This document shows, piece by piece, positions 42,405 through 49,793 of a DNA stretch of 56,831 nucleotides (its first letter is position 1; each line of letters begins with the position of its first letter). Source of the DNA: a virus; the IMG/VR virus record IMGVR_UViG_3300012929_000004; one strand, 5' to 3'. The notes beneath the pieces are model-generated. The model saw nothing but the letters and a program-made list of their open reading frames with translations. It did not search any database and was not told the DNA's origin. The translations under genes and the position numbers were made by a program.

Positions 42405-43298
42405 ATGACAATTTTTCAGGACAAGAAGCGCTTCGTTAACATTGACCATATTCGCTTGATAGAAAAGATTAGCTCCAACCATCTAACCAGCGCCCAAAAA
42501 TACATTCTTGAAAAAATGGCGTCCTTTGGCCACGAGGACGGAACTTCAATTTATCCCTCAGTTTCATATATTGTTGAACTGACTAACTTCTGCGAAAGAA
42601 CTGTTCGTTCAACCATCAAGTTTTTAATTAAATCCGGATTTCTCATCTTGATAAAAAAGGGAAATCCATCAACCAATAGTCCGGCTGAATATAATTTGAA
42701 TATCCAACTAATAAAAGATAAGCAACGTAAATCTACACTTACCCCTGGTGCAGCAAATGCACCAGCTGTGAATATACCTGGTGCAGGAGATGCACTAGCT
42801 ATAATTACACCTGGTGCAGGAGATTCCGTACACAGTGTGTTAACCAGTAGCAAGAGATGCACCAGCCCTGGTGCAGGAGATGCACCCAAACAAGTACTAA
42901 CAAAAAGTATTTCTAATAAACAAGAACAAACAACGCGCGGGCCCGCGCTCTCTGGGGCTGTTGTTGCTTCTGGAGATTTAAAAGAAGGCTTGGTGGGGCG
43001 ACTGGTGAGTACGGGCCTGGATAGGCGAGTGGCAATAGCTCTCTTTGAGCAACACGGCTACAACCGCGTCAAGGCCAACCTCGAGGCAAGCCTTGCAAGA
43101 AGTCCACCACCTGACAATCTACCTGCATGGATTCGGAGCGCTATCGAGAAGGATTACCATGGTGGAACATTGTCGGGGCGCGCCGACAATCAATTCAGCC
43201 CTCGGCTCTCACGCCAGGCAAGCGGTAAAACCAGAACGCTATCTGACGTATTGGCAGAAGCGGTTAAGCGTGGAGGTGACCCCAATGAGCGACGATAA
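42405..43298 (+). CDS. Replication initiator (lambda O-like; N-terminal winged-helix, iterons inside the gene)
   Basis: ATG at 42405 with SD agagg. The track start at 42123 was rejected. N-terminal HTH-like LTSAQKYILEKMASFG...YPSVSYIVELTNFCERTVRSTIKFLIKSGFL. The C-terminus carries DNLPAWIRSAIEKDY. Confidence 0.7.
   Translation: MTIFQDKKRFVNIDHIRLIEKISSNHLTSAQKYILEKMASFGHEDGTSIYPSVSYIVELTNFCERTVRSTIKFLIKSGFLILIKKGNPSTNSPAEYNLNIQLIKDKQRKSTLTPGAANAPAVNIPGAGDALAIITPGAGDSVHSVLTSSKRCTSPGAGDAPKQVLTKSISNKQEQTTRGPALSGAVVASGDLKEGLVGRLVSTGLDRRVAIALFEQHGYNRVKANLEASLARSPPPDNLPAWIRSAIEKDYHGGTLSGRADNQFSPRLSRQASGKTRTLSDVLAEAVKRGGDPNERR
42744..42885. repeat. Five about 19-bp iterons, consensus CCTGGTGCAGGAGATGCAC (putative origin of replication)
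   Basis: Copies start at 42744, 42777, 42810, 42844 (degenerate) and 42867. Each contains the inverted pair GTGCA-N5-TGCAC. An A/T-rich tract (42886-42934) and the palindrome GCGCGGGCCCGCGC (42935-42948) follow. Confidence 0.75.
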
Positions 43299-44004
43299 CG
43301 ACGGCCTAGACGACTTCGACAAGACCCTGGCCAGCCTAGGTGCCGTCCCTCCCAAGGAGACGCCTCCATGGACCGTGGTGCCGTCTAAGCCCTATGGCGA
43401 CGCAGAGCTCGCGGCAGACATGGCCATCATGCTTAACGGACGCCTCACGGTAACGGACGCTATGGGCCTGATTCGCCAGTATGGGCCCTTGAAAGCACAA
43501 CTCGCTGCCAAACGTCTCGCTAAGGGAGACTTCGCCAGTATCGAAAATCTACCTATGGCGCTGCGTTCGGCTATCGAGAGCGGCCATCAGGTGCCTGGGG
43601 AGCAGAAAACAGCGCCACGGACTCAAAATCAGGCAAATTCATCGTCTAATGGGCAAAGTTCAAACACTCCCGGCAGCCACCATCCTTCCGCGGCCGAAAG
43701 TCAGTCGTCAGAGATAGATAAATTGCGTAAAGGTTGCATGTGGAACGTTGCTGAGAACCGAGAATGGTATTTAGGCCTACCGATGGCTATCCGAGCTATC
43801 GTGGTATCAGATGCTTTGCATAAGTGGCCGTCTCTTGAGCAGTATGCGGATAAGGAAGGTTATGACATGCGCACCAATGACTTTGCGCATTCAGATATGT
43901 TCCGGATTCACTTCTCGCGGGTTATCAATGCGATTCGCTTTGACAATGTGAGCCGGGGGTTGCGCAGCCAGATAGACAGAGGGGATGCGGGGGAGATTGA
44001 GTAA
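43285..44004 (+). CDS. Replication-module protein (lambda P-like position; function unknown)
   Basis: ATG at 43285 with SD ggaggtg, overlapping the initiator stop. Carries ENLPMALRSAIESGH, a module duplicated from the initiator C-terminus. Confidence 0.6.
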   Translation: MSDDNDGLDDFDKTLASLGAVPPKETPPWTVVPSKPYGDAELAADMAIMLNGRLTVTDAMGLIRQYGPLKAQLAAKRLAKGDFASIENLPMALRSAIESGHQVPGEQKTAPRTQNQANSSSNGQSSNTPGSHHPSAAESQSSEIDKLRKGCMWNVAENREWYLGLPMAIRAIVVSDALHKWPSLEQYADKEGYDMRTNDFAHSDMFRIHFSRVINAIRFDNVSRGLRSQIDRGDAGEIE

Positions 44005-44300
44005 AATTACTCATGCTATTGAGAATTCCGCGAGGAGCGCGTAGACTCTACGGTTCTAATTCAGCCTATTACCTGTCGCCTTCCTTAATCGGGGAGGCTA
44101 AGGTTTCAACAAGCTTTGATGAACAACCTGTTAGCTACTCACCAATCACTACCAAAAAACTGGCATCCCGTCGTCACATAGGTGGTGGTTAAATTTTGTA
44201 CAGCGCATAGGCTTGCAATTATTCATGCATATGCTATGCTTAACTTGACCACCAACAACCCTATCGAGATTTTATTTAAGCATTGGTCTCGGTAGTATTT

Positions 44301-44337
44301 GGCCCCTGTTACTCCTGTTTTAGGGGCCGTCTTTTTT
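44301..44337 (+). terminator. Rho-independent terminator (GGCCCCT ... AGGGGCC + T-run)
   Basis: 7-bp GC-rich stem, 14-nt loop, then gtcttttttt. Confidence 0.6.
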
Positions 44338-44467
44338 ACCAATCTCTTATAAATGCTGCTATCTCCTTCTTAAATATATCCCTTATCTTGTGAAAAACGC
44401 AGCTTAGCGTGATACCTACACACATCCACCCCATCACTAATATTCCAAAAATTTCTGATTCTATCAT
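44336..44467 (-). CDS. Micro-ORF, membrane peptide (43 aa) - doubtful
   Basis: Hand translation MIESEIFGILVMGWMCVGITLSCVF... with weak SD aaggt. Confidence 0.25.
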   Translation of the reverse strand: MIESEIFGILVMGWMCVGITLSCVFHKIRDIFKKEIAAFIRDW

Positions 44468-44545
44468 GACATTTACCTTTTGTTACTAAGATAATCACAG
44501 TTTAGTACAGATTGATACGAAGTCAACCAGGTCAGGATAATATAT

Positions 44546-44587
44546 TTGCAGTTACATGTTGCATATACTATAACCTTGTGCTAAGAT
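44546..44587 (+). promoter_or_regulatory. Promoter region for tRNA-Glu (TTGCAT-N17-TGcTAAGAT, or TTGCAG-N17-TATAAC)
   Basis: Two overlapping alignments. The extended -10 version puts the transcription start about 5 nt before the tRNA. Confidence 0.4.
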
Positions 44588-44598
44588 TGCCCTAACTG

Positions 44599-44673
44599 GT
44601 CCCCATCGTCTATCGGTTAGGACGTCAGGTTTTCATCCTGGCAAGGTCGGTTCGATTCCGTCTGGGGACGCCA
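44599..44673 (+). tRNA. tRNA-Glu (anticodon UUC), CCA encoded
   Basis: Hand fold:
- acceptor gtcccca/tggggac
- D arm gtct-atcggtta-ggac
- anticodon arm tcagg-ttTTCat-cctgg
- T arm gtcgg-ttcgatt-ccgtc
- discriminator g followed by cca
Close to E. coli tRNA-Glu as I remember it. Confidence 0.9.
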
Positions 44674-44693
44674 TATTAAACAGGAGAGTTAAA

Positions 44694-44888
44694 ATGAATG
44701 TATTTGATTGGTTTGCAAGGATGTCTGGTACCCAAATGAAAGATGGTGATGTTATGTCGCAGTTTTCTCTGCCTCCACATCTACAAGCTGGGGCAAATTC
44801 ACAAATTATGACAAATTATGCGCCGCGGTCTATTTTGCGAGAAAACTTATGCTCGAAATGTAAAAAGGAAACCCCTAATGACAATTGA
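44694..44888 (+). CDS. Hypothetical protein
   Basis: 64 aa with SD aggaga. Confidence 0.5.
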   Translation: MNVFDWFARMSGTQMKDGDVMSQFSLPPHLQAGANSQIMTNYAPRSILRENLCSKCKKETPNDN

Positions 44889-45393
44889 TAGTTACTTTAC
44901 TTTAGCGGTCGCTAAGCTGCACCGTGTGCTCACTAAGACTTTAGATGTGCAGTTATATGACCATGGATTAACAGCGGCACAGATTTATACTTTGCAAGCG
45001 GTTGAGAATAACCCCTGCTCTACTCTGACGATGCTGGGGTGTATATTACAAGCAGACCGCAGTACCGTATCGCGTGGCTTAGAAGTGTTATCAAGGGCTA
45101 AGCTGGTTAATTTAAAAACCAGTCTTACAAAGTCTGGGGAATCTGATTTGCGCAAAAAGGAAGTTTTCTTGACTGATAAGGGCAAGAAAGCCTTACAATT
45201 AGGTGAGGTTATATTGGCTGCGGCTGATAAGCTGATTGAAAGTTTATGGGTACAGGCTAATATGAGAGTACTTGAGGATTTATTGGCTAATAAAGATGAG
45301 CGTCCAACGCCTATAGCGCCCAATGTGCAGTTAAGGCGCAGCGTGGACCATTTCTTAGCATTACTGAAGATGACAAAGCTTAGGGAGGTATGA
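44878..45393 (+). CDS. MarR-family transcriptional regulator
   Basis: ATG at 44878. LTAAQIYTLQAVENNP.STLTMLGCILQADRSTVSRGLEVLSRAKLV...DLRKKEVFLTDKGKKAL is the MarR winged-helix pattern. Confidence 0.7.
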   Translation: MTIDSYFTLAVAKLHRVLTKTLDVQLYDHGLTAAQIYTLQAVENNPCSTLTMLGCILQADRSTVSRGLEVLSRAKLVNLKTSLTKSGESDLRKKEVFLTDKGKKALQLGEVILAAADKLIESLWVQANMRVLEDLLANKDERPTPIAPNVQLRRSVDHFLALLKMTKLREV

Positions 45394-45396
45394 TAG

Positions 45397-45810
45397 ATGG
45401 CAATACATTCTTGGTTTGATTCTGTAATCATCAGTCTTGGTATGATAGGTGTTTGTGCTGGGGGTGTATGGTTATTAGCTTTGATTGGCACCGCTTCGCA
45501 AAAGGTTCTAAATTATGCTAAAGGCAGATTATTAGTAAGACGTTTAGCGCGTATGATTAAGTATAGCCGTAAGGCCCGTATGGCTACGATGGGGAAACGT
45601 GAAGTTGTTGAGGAGCCTCAAGGGGAAGCGATTGACCAGTGGGTAGCTGAGCAATTTGCGGAAGACTCTGAGCCAAAATTAAACTCTAATAAACCCATGG
45701 CGACAACTTCTTATGCTAATGGGATACGAATGACTTCTAGATTAGTAGAAGCTAAATATTATGATAAAATTAATGGAGAATGGGTGGAAACTGATAAGGT
45801 TGTTCCATAA
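45397..45810 (+). CDS. Membrane-anchored hypothetical protein
   Basis: SD ggagg. N-terminal TM segment. Confidence 0.55.
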   Translation: MAIHSWFDSVIISLGMIGVCAGGVWLLALIGTASQKVLNYAKGRLLVRRLARMIKYSRKARMATMGKREVVEEPQGEAIDQWVAEQFAEDSEPKLNSNKPMATTSYANGIRMTSRLVEAKYYDKINGEWVETDKVVP

Positions 45811-46124
45811 TGGAACTCACTCAAAGTGACGTACGGCAGATAACCGAATGGTTTATGTCAGGTTATCCTTACAAATTAATCTGCCCTATCTGTGAGGGTA
45901 AAAGTTTTGAATTCCCTGGATTGCTTTATACGCCCATATTATTGACTCCTATGATAGGAAGTAATATTGTCACTCCAACTTTACAGTTACACTGTTATGG
46001 ATGCAGTCATATCATGTCTTTTTCTGCGATTAAGTTAGAAGGCATGGGGTGCCCCATATTTCAGTTTAGACCTAAGAAGAATGTCTTTAGCTTTTTAGAT
46101 TATTTCAAAAGGAAGAAGAAATGA
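45810..46124 (+). CDS. Four-cysteine (CPIC ... CYGC) hypothetical protein
   Basis: TAATG coupling. Confidence 0.55.
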   Translation: MELTQSDVRQITEWFMSGYPYKLICPICEGKSFEFPGLLYTPILLTPMIGSNIVTPTLQLHCYGCSHIMSFSAIKLEGMGCPIFQFRPKKNVFSFLDYFKRKKK

Positions 46125-46369
46125 TTGCGATATTACGATTTAACTTAGCTAATCCTGAGCAACAACGTGAATATATTCACGCGATGGAAGGTGGCAACTA
46201 TTATCGATTCATTCATGATATTAAAGAAGCCTTGATACAGGCAGATAAATACGGGGCAGTACAAGGCGTGAAAGAGATTAACGAACAGCAACACGATATG
46301 ATTGCTAGGGCGCGAGAATTATTTATGGAGCTTTATTCCGAGAGTGGCCTACGTGAGGTGGATGTATGA
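46121..46369 (+). CDS. Hypothetical protein
   Basis: ATGA coupling, 82 aa. Confidence 0.5.
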   Translation: MIAILRFNLANPEQQREYIHAMEGGNYYRFIHDIKEALIQADKYGAVQGVKEINEQQHDMIARARELFMELYSESGLREVDV

Positions 46370-46623
46370 CAGAGAAGGAAATCCTAATGGTTAGGGCTGA
46401 CATGGTGCTTTCAGAACCTTATAAGATGGGTCATGCATATGGGTATCAGAAAGGCTACGCCGCTTGCCTTGAGGACATCAAAGTTAAACATAAGATTTAT
46501 GATAAAAAGTATAGAGAGAAGAATCGTGAGAAGCTCATAGAGCGACATCGTATTTCTAATAAGGCTTATCGTGATAGACAGAAAGCAAAGCGAGAGCAGG
46601 AGGGGCAAAATGCAGGAAAGTGA
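46366..46623 (+). CDS. Hypothetical protein with C-terminal K/Y/R/N repeats
   Basis: KKYREKNREKLIERHRISNKAYRDRQKAKRE. Confidence 0.5.
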   Translation: MTEKEILMVRADMVLSEPYKMGHAYGYQKGYAACLEDIKVKHKIYDKKYREKNREKLIERHRISNKAYRDRQKAKREQEGQNAGK

Positions 46624-46852
46624 TATTTACAAGCAAGCGATGGCTTATGCGCAAGGTTATGATGCAGCTCATCATGATGGTTATGAACAAGGGTTTACCA
46701 AAGGCTTTAAAGCTGGGTATGAATTTTTTAAAGCAGTGACAGAAGATAAGCCTAATTGTGAGTTCACTATTGAGTATGAAGGCTTGGAAGATATATTTCC
46801 TTTGGCTGAGATTCGGCGCACTCTCAAGAGGTTGTCTGATGTCGAAAGCTGA
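46610..46852 (+). CDS. Hypothetical protein
   Basis: ATG at 46610 with SD aggagg. The track start at 46571 was rejected. Confidence 0.5.
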   Translation: MQESDIYKQAMAYAQGYDAAHHDGYEQGFTKGFKAGYEFFKAVTEDKPNCEFTIEYEGLEDIFPLAEIRRTLKRLSDVES

Positions 46853-47303
46853 AACCCCGGAAGAGAAACGAGCTTTCCGTCGCGCTTATTATAAAGCTAA
46901 CAAGCATCGGTGGACACCTGATAAGGAAAAGCGTAAGGCCGCTAATAAGCGTTATAGGGAAACGCACGTAGAGGCTAAAAAGCTTAGTGATAAGCGGTAT
47001 CGTGAAGCTAATAAAGATAAGCTCAGGGCTTATTATCATGCTAATAAGCATAAATATAACTACACGAAGACTCCAGAAAAGAGAAAGGCTTATAGAGACG
47101 CTAACAGGGGTATGATTCGCGCCAGCTACAAAGCTTGGTATCAGAAAAATAAGGAAAGGGTTATTAATAAGGCTAAAAGTTATTATGCGGCTAACAAAGA
47201 GAAGATATTAGCGCAGCGACGAGTTAATCATGCAGCTAATCCTGAAAAGGAAAATGCAGCGGCTAGAGAGAGACGAGTAAAGGCTAAGAAAAATGACCAC
47301 TGA
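46839..47303 (+). CDS. K/Y-rich repeat protein (about 8 copies of [KR]-x-Y-[YR]-x-A-N-K-x-K)
   Basis: ATG at 46839 with SD agagg. Repeats AYYKANKHR, KRYREANKDK, AYYHANKHK, KAYRDANRG, AWYQKNKER, SYYAANKEK. Confidence 0.55.
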   Translation: MSKAETPEEKRAFRRAYYKANKHRWTPDKEKRKAANKRYRETHVEAKKLSDKRYREANKDKLRAYYHANKHKYNYTKTPEKRKAYRDANRGMIRASYKAWYQKNKERVINKAKSYYAANKEKILAQRRVNHAANPEKENAAARERRVKAKKNDH

Positions 47304-47643
47304 AGAACAAAAGGCTAAGAGGAAAGCTTATGCTAAAGCTTATTATGAGGCCAATAAGAGGAAGATTAATAAGTATAACCGAGAGCATTACGCTGCTAGC
47401 CCTGCTGTTAGAGAAAAGAAAAAATCTTACGAGAGCTCAAGAAAGGAATGGACGGCTGAAGTAAGGAAAGCTTATTATGAGGCTAACAGAGAAAAGCTAT
47501 TGGCTTATTCACACGCTTATTACTTAGAAAAAGTGGCGCCCACAAGGCGAAAGCCCAAAGCAAAGGTTGACCCAGCATTAATTAAGAAGGCTCGCGCAAA
47601 AATAAGGGCTTCGGTGAAAAAAGCTAAAGAGAGCTCTAAGTGA
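47293..47643 (+). CDS. K/Y-rich repeat protein
   Basis: KAYYEANKRK, KAYYEANREK and HAYYLEK. Overlaps the previous gene by 11 nt. Confidence 0.55.
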   Translation: MTTEEQKAKRKAYAKAYYEANKRKINKYNREHYAASPAVREKKKSYESSRKEWTAEVRKAYYEANREKLLAYSHAYYLEKVAPTRRKPKAKVDPALIKKARAKIRASVKKAKESSK

Positions 47644-47654
47644 TAATCCCTTTG

Positions 47655-47873
47655 TTATGCAGGTAGCGTAGCTGTTACAGAGCTCACTGCTGTCAATGTT
47701 TGTTGTAAGTTTTGTAAACTGGTGGTCAATGCTGTGAGATTAGCCTGATTTGATTGTAAGCCTGCATTGATTTGCGCTATATAATCTGTTTGAGACTTTA
47801 TCTGCGCATTGATAGTCGCAATTTCAGCATTGATATAATTTGTTAATAAGACTGCGTTAGGGTTAGCGGCCAT
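47655..47873 (-). CDS. Small coiled-coil protein (Q/N/T/A-rich)
   Basis: SD ggagtc, 72 aa. Confidence 0.5.
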   Translation of the reverse strand: MAANPNAVLLTNYINAEIATINAQIKSQTDYIAQINAGLQSNQANLTALTTSLQNLQQTLTAVSSVTATLPA

Positions 47874-47882
47874 GGTGACTCC

Positions 47883-48119
47883 TTAGTTTGGATTAATACG
47901 ATTCATTTCTTCTTTAAACTCTCGGATATCTCCGATAATCTCCCATTTGAAACCCATGTTAGCTATATGAACTAACTCATTAGGATTGAGATACTGTCTG
48001 GGACTCATTAGTCTAAACAATGCTTCAGCTTCAGGGCAAGCACCATATAGAACATTCTTATCATATACCTTCCTGTTCTTGAACTTCATGACTGCTAGGT
48101 TATTTTCTGGACTTGTCAT
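47883..48119 (-). CDS. Hypothetical protein
   Basis: SD aagga, 78 aa. Confidence 0.5.
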   Translation of the reverse strand: MTSPENNLAVMKFKNRKVYDKNVLYGACPEAEALFRLMSPRQYLNPNELVHIANMGFKWEIIGDIREFKEEMNRINPN

Positions 48120-48537
48120 TAGCTTTCCTTTTAACAGCTGGGACTATTCGTACGATAGCGGTATCTTTGTCTTTAGTTGTTCGCAGTTCTTTTATTGTTT
48201 TCTCGATGAAGGCTATATCCATCTTGCCAGTTGCTGTTAAGGGTTTACTTTTAGGCAGATGCATCTTCTTTAGCGCATTAAAGCTTAGCTTACCATCTGT
48301 AAGGCTTGCGATAGCCATAGCTACTTTAGTGGAAATGGCTGCGTCAGTATAGATGAGCTTTGAAATAGTACTCTGAGAGATATCTAGGGCAGCGGCTAGA
48401 CGAGTAACGCCCCCGTATTCTTTGGCAAGCTTAGCTAGCTTTGGTTTAAGGATGGGGCGTGTTTTAACGGCACTCATTGTCTTATCGCCGGTCTTCGCTT
48501 TTTTGAATGGTTTCATAAGATTATTGGAACGTATCAT
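48100..48537 (-). CDS. Cro/CI-type helix-turn-helix regulator
   Basis: ATG at 48537 with SD aagga. The longer track start would run through the divergent promoter. HTH GGVTRLAAALDISQSTISKLIY. Confidence 0.6.
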   Translation of the reverse strand: MIRSNNLMKPFKKAKTGDKTMSAVKTRPILKPKLAKLAKEYGGVTRLAAALDISQSTISKLIYTDAAISTKVAMAIASLTDGKLSFNALKKMHLPKSKPLTATGKMDIAFIEKTIKELRTTKDKDTAIVRIVPAVKRKANDKSRK

Positions 48538-48557
48538 AGCTTTCCTTAGTATGTTGA

Positions 48558-48586
48558 TTGACAAGTTATTTATTATTGTATATAAC
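48558..48586 (+). promoter_or_regulatory. Rightward promoter TTGACA-N17-TATAAC
   Basis: Consensus -35 with optimal spacing. It is followed by SD aggag and the GTG at 48615. Confidence 0.55.
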
Positions 48587-48600
48587 ATCACTAATTGCAA
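48572..48600 (-). promoter_or_regulatory. Leftward promoter TTGCAA-N17-AATAAT, overlapping the rightward promoter
   Basis: Read on the minus strand, about 35 nt upstream of the ATG at 48537. Confidence 0.4.
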
Positions 48601-48614
48601 TAGGAGTATCCCCG

Positions 48615-49076
48615 GTGCCAAAGATTACCCCCAAGAAGAAGCCATTAAAGAAACCCATAAAAAAACAGGTGATAAAAAAGCCTAAAGTGGTTAAAAGGGC
48701 CCCTATAAAAAAGGTAGCGCTTAAGAAGCCTGCTAAGAGAGCCACAGTCCCAAAACTAAACGCGCTAATGATTTTGGATGAGGTAGAAAAGAATAAAGAT
48801 TTTGTAGTGATATGCTTTTATAGAGATTCCTTGCTGATTGCAAGACGGGTTAAATTATCAGTTAACCGTATTAATGAGAACTCTATCTTTCAGCCTCATG
48901 AGCATGTTGAGAAAAAGGTTTATTGTGCTTTAGCGTTATTAGAGTTCACGCCAACCCCATTCGACAAGGATATGCCATGGCGAGATTGGGAAGAGCTAAA
49001 GAGGCTGGAGTGTCCAGTTAGAACCATCAAAAGTGTCGCCGACGTAGAATGGGTATTAGAAGGGTTGCACCAATGA
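48615..49076 (+). CDS. Protein with lysine/proline-rich histone-H1-like N-terminal tail
   Basis: GTG at 48615, 8 nt after aggag. The N-terminus is PKITPKKKPLKKPIKKQVIKKPKVVKRAPIKKVALKKPAKR. The track start at 48558 is the promoter -35 itself. Confidence 0.5.
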   Translation: MPKITPKKKPLKKPIKKQVIKKPKVVKRAPIKKVALKKPAKRATVPKLNALMILDEVEKNKDFVVICFYRDSLLIARRVKLSVNRINENSIFQPHEHVEKKVYCALALLEFTPTPFDKDMPWRDWEELKRLECPVRTIKSVADVEWVLEGLHQ

Positions 49077-49543
49077 CTACGCATACCGATATCCATGATG
49101 ACCGCTTAAATATCAATATTGATGGAGGGTATCTTTGGTTGGAATGTGTTGAGAGCAATAACTATACCTATTTAGCTTTTACATTAGAACAAGCTGAAGC
49201 TATTCTGAAAGACTTGAACGACCATCTGATGACCCTGAGGGGAACCATTGATGACGACGATGTGGAAGTTATCGAGAATCCTGATCCTGCAAAGCTTCCT
49301 AGAGCTGAAGTAGATAAGCTGAATATATGGTGTAACAACATTTTCAGGCGAATAAATAATCTGGAAGGGACGAAAGAACGGCTTGATAGTGTTAGTGGCC
49401 GAATGGATAAGCTTAAAAGTGATGTGGATGGTCTATGTTCAAATGGATTCGCTATGTCAAAGCATATAACTAATCTAATAGAGCGAATATCTCTTCTTGA
49501 ATCCAAAACACCACCTCCTTGGTGGCCCTCGATAATTACGTGA
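49073..49543 (+). CDS. Coiled-coil hypothetical protein
   Basis: The ATG at 49073 overlaps the upstream stop (ATGA). 49049 is an alternative start. Confidence 0.5.
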   Translation: MTTHTDIHDDRLNINIDGGYLWLECVESNNYTYLAFTLEQAEAILKDLNDHLMTLRGTIDDDDVEVIENPDPAKLPRAEVDKLNIWCNNIFRRINNLEGTKERLDSVSGRMDKLKSDVDGLCSNGFAMSKHITNLIERISLLESKTPPPWWPSIIT

Positions 49544-49793
49544 TATACGGCTCAGGCTGATAAAGGCCCATTTCCAGGTATTCCTTTACCAGTGTTTAAC
49601 ACCGATTGACATTCAGCTGTCTGCCGTATAGATTGCTTGCCTGGACCCCTCGGTAGTACATGCAGGCATATCTCCTTAAATCGGTTTACGCTCTCGTTTT
49701 GGAATACTGAAGGGTCCTATTTATGGCGGCTATTAAAGTCGGTAAGTACTTTATTCCTATTTGGTTGCTTACCGCTTCCAAAGGCCGCCACCC

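Noticed and set aside
42741-42890. The peptide repeat PGAANA/PGAGDA/PGAGDS/PGAGDA, read as a collagen-like or functional protein repeat, or the DNA repeats read as a mini CRISPR array.
   Set aside because: The repeat is best explained at the DNA level. The units have inverted-repeat structure, helical-turn spacing and the lambda-ori context. There are only five short units, they lie inside a CDS, there are no unique spacers of CRISPR size, and there are no cas genes.
43045-43284. 80-codon N-terminal extension of the second replication gene, out of frame within the initiator gene.
   Set aside because: It would overlap the initiator by 254 nt. The ATG at 43285 has ggaggtg upstream and overlaps the initiator stop by 14 nt, which is the usual coupling.
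44985-45491. 168-aa minus-strand ORF opposite the MarR gene.
   Set aside because: The plus-strand frame carries a recognisable MarR winged-helix. The antisense product is low-complexity (S/L/N-rich).
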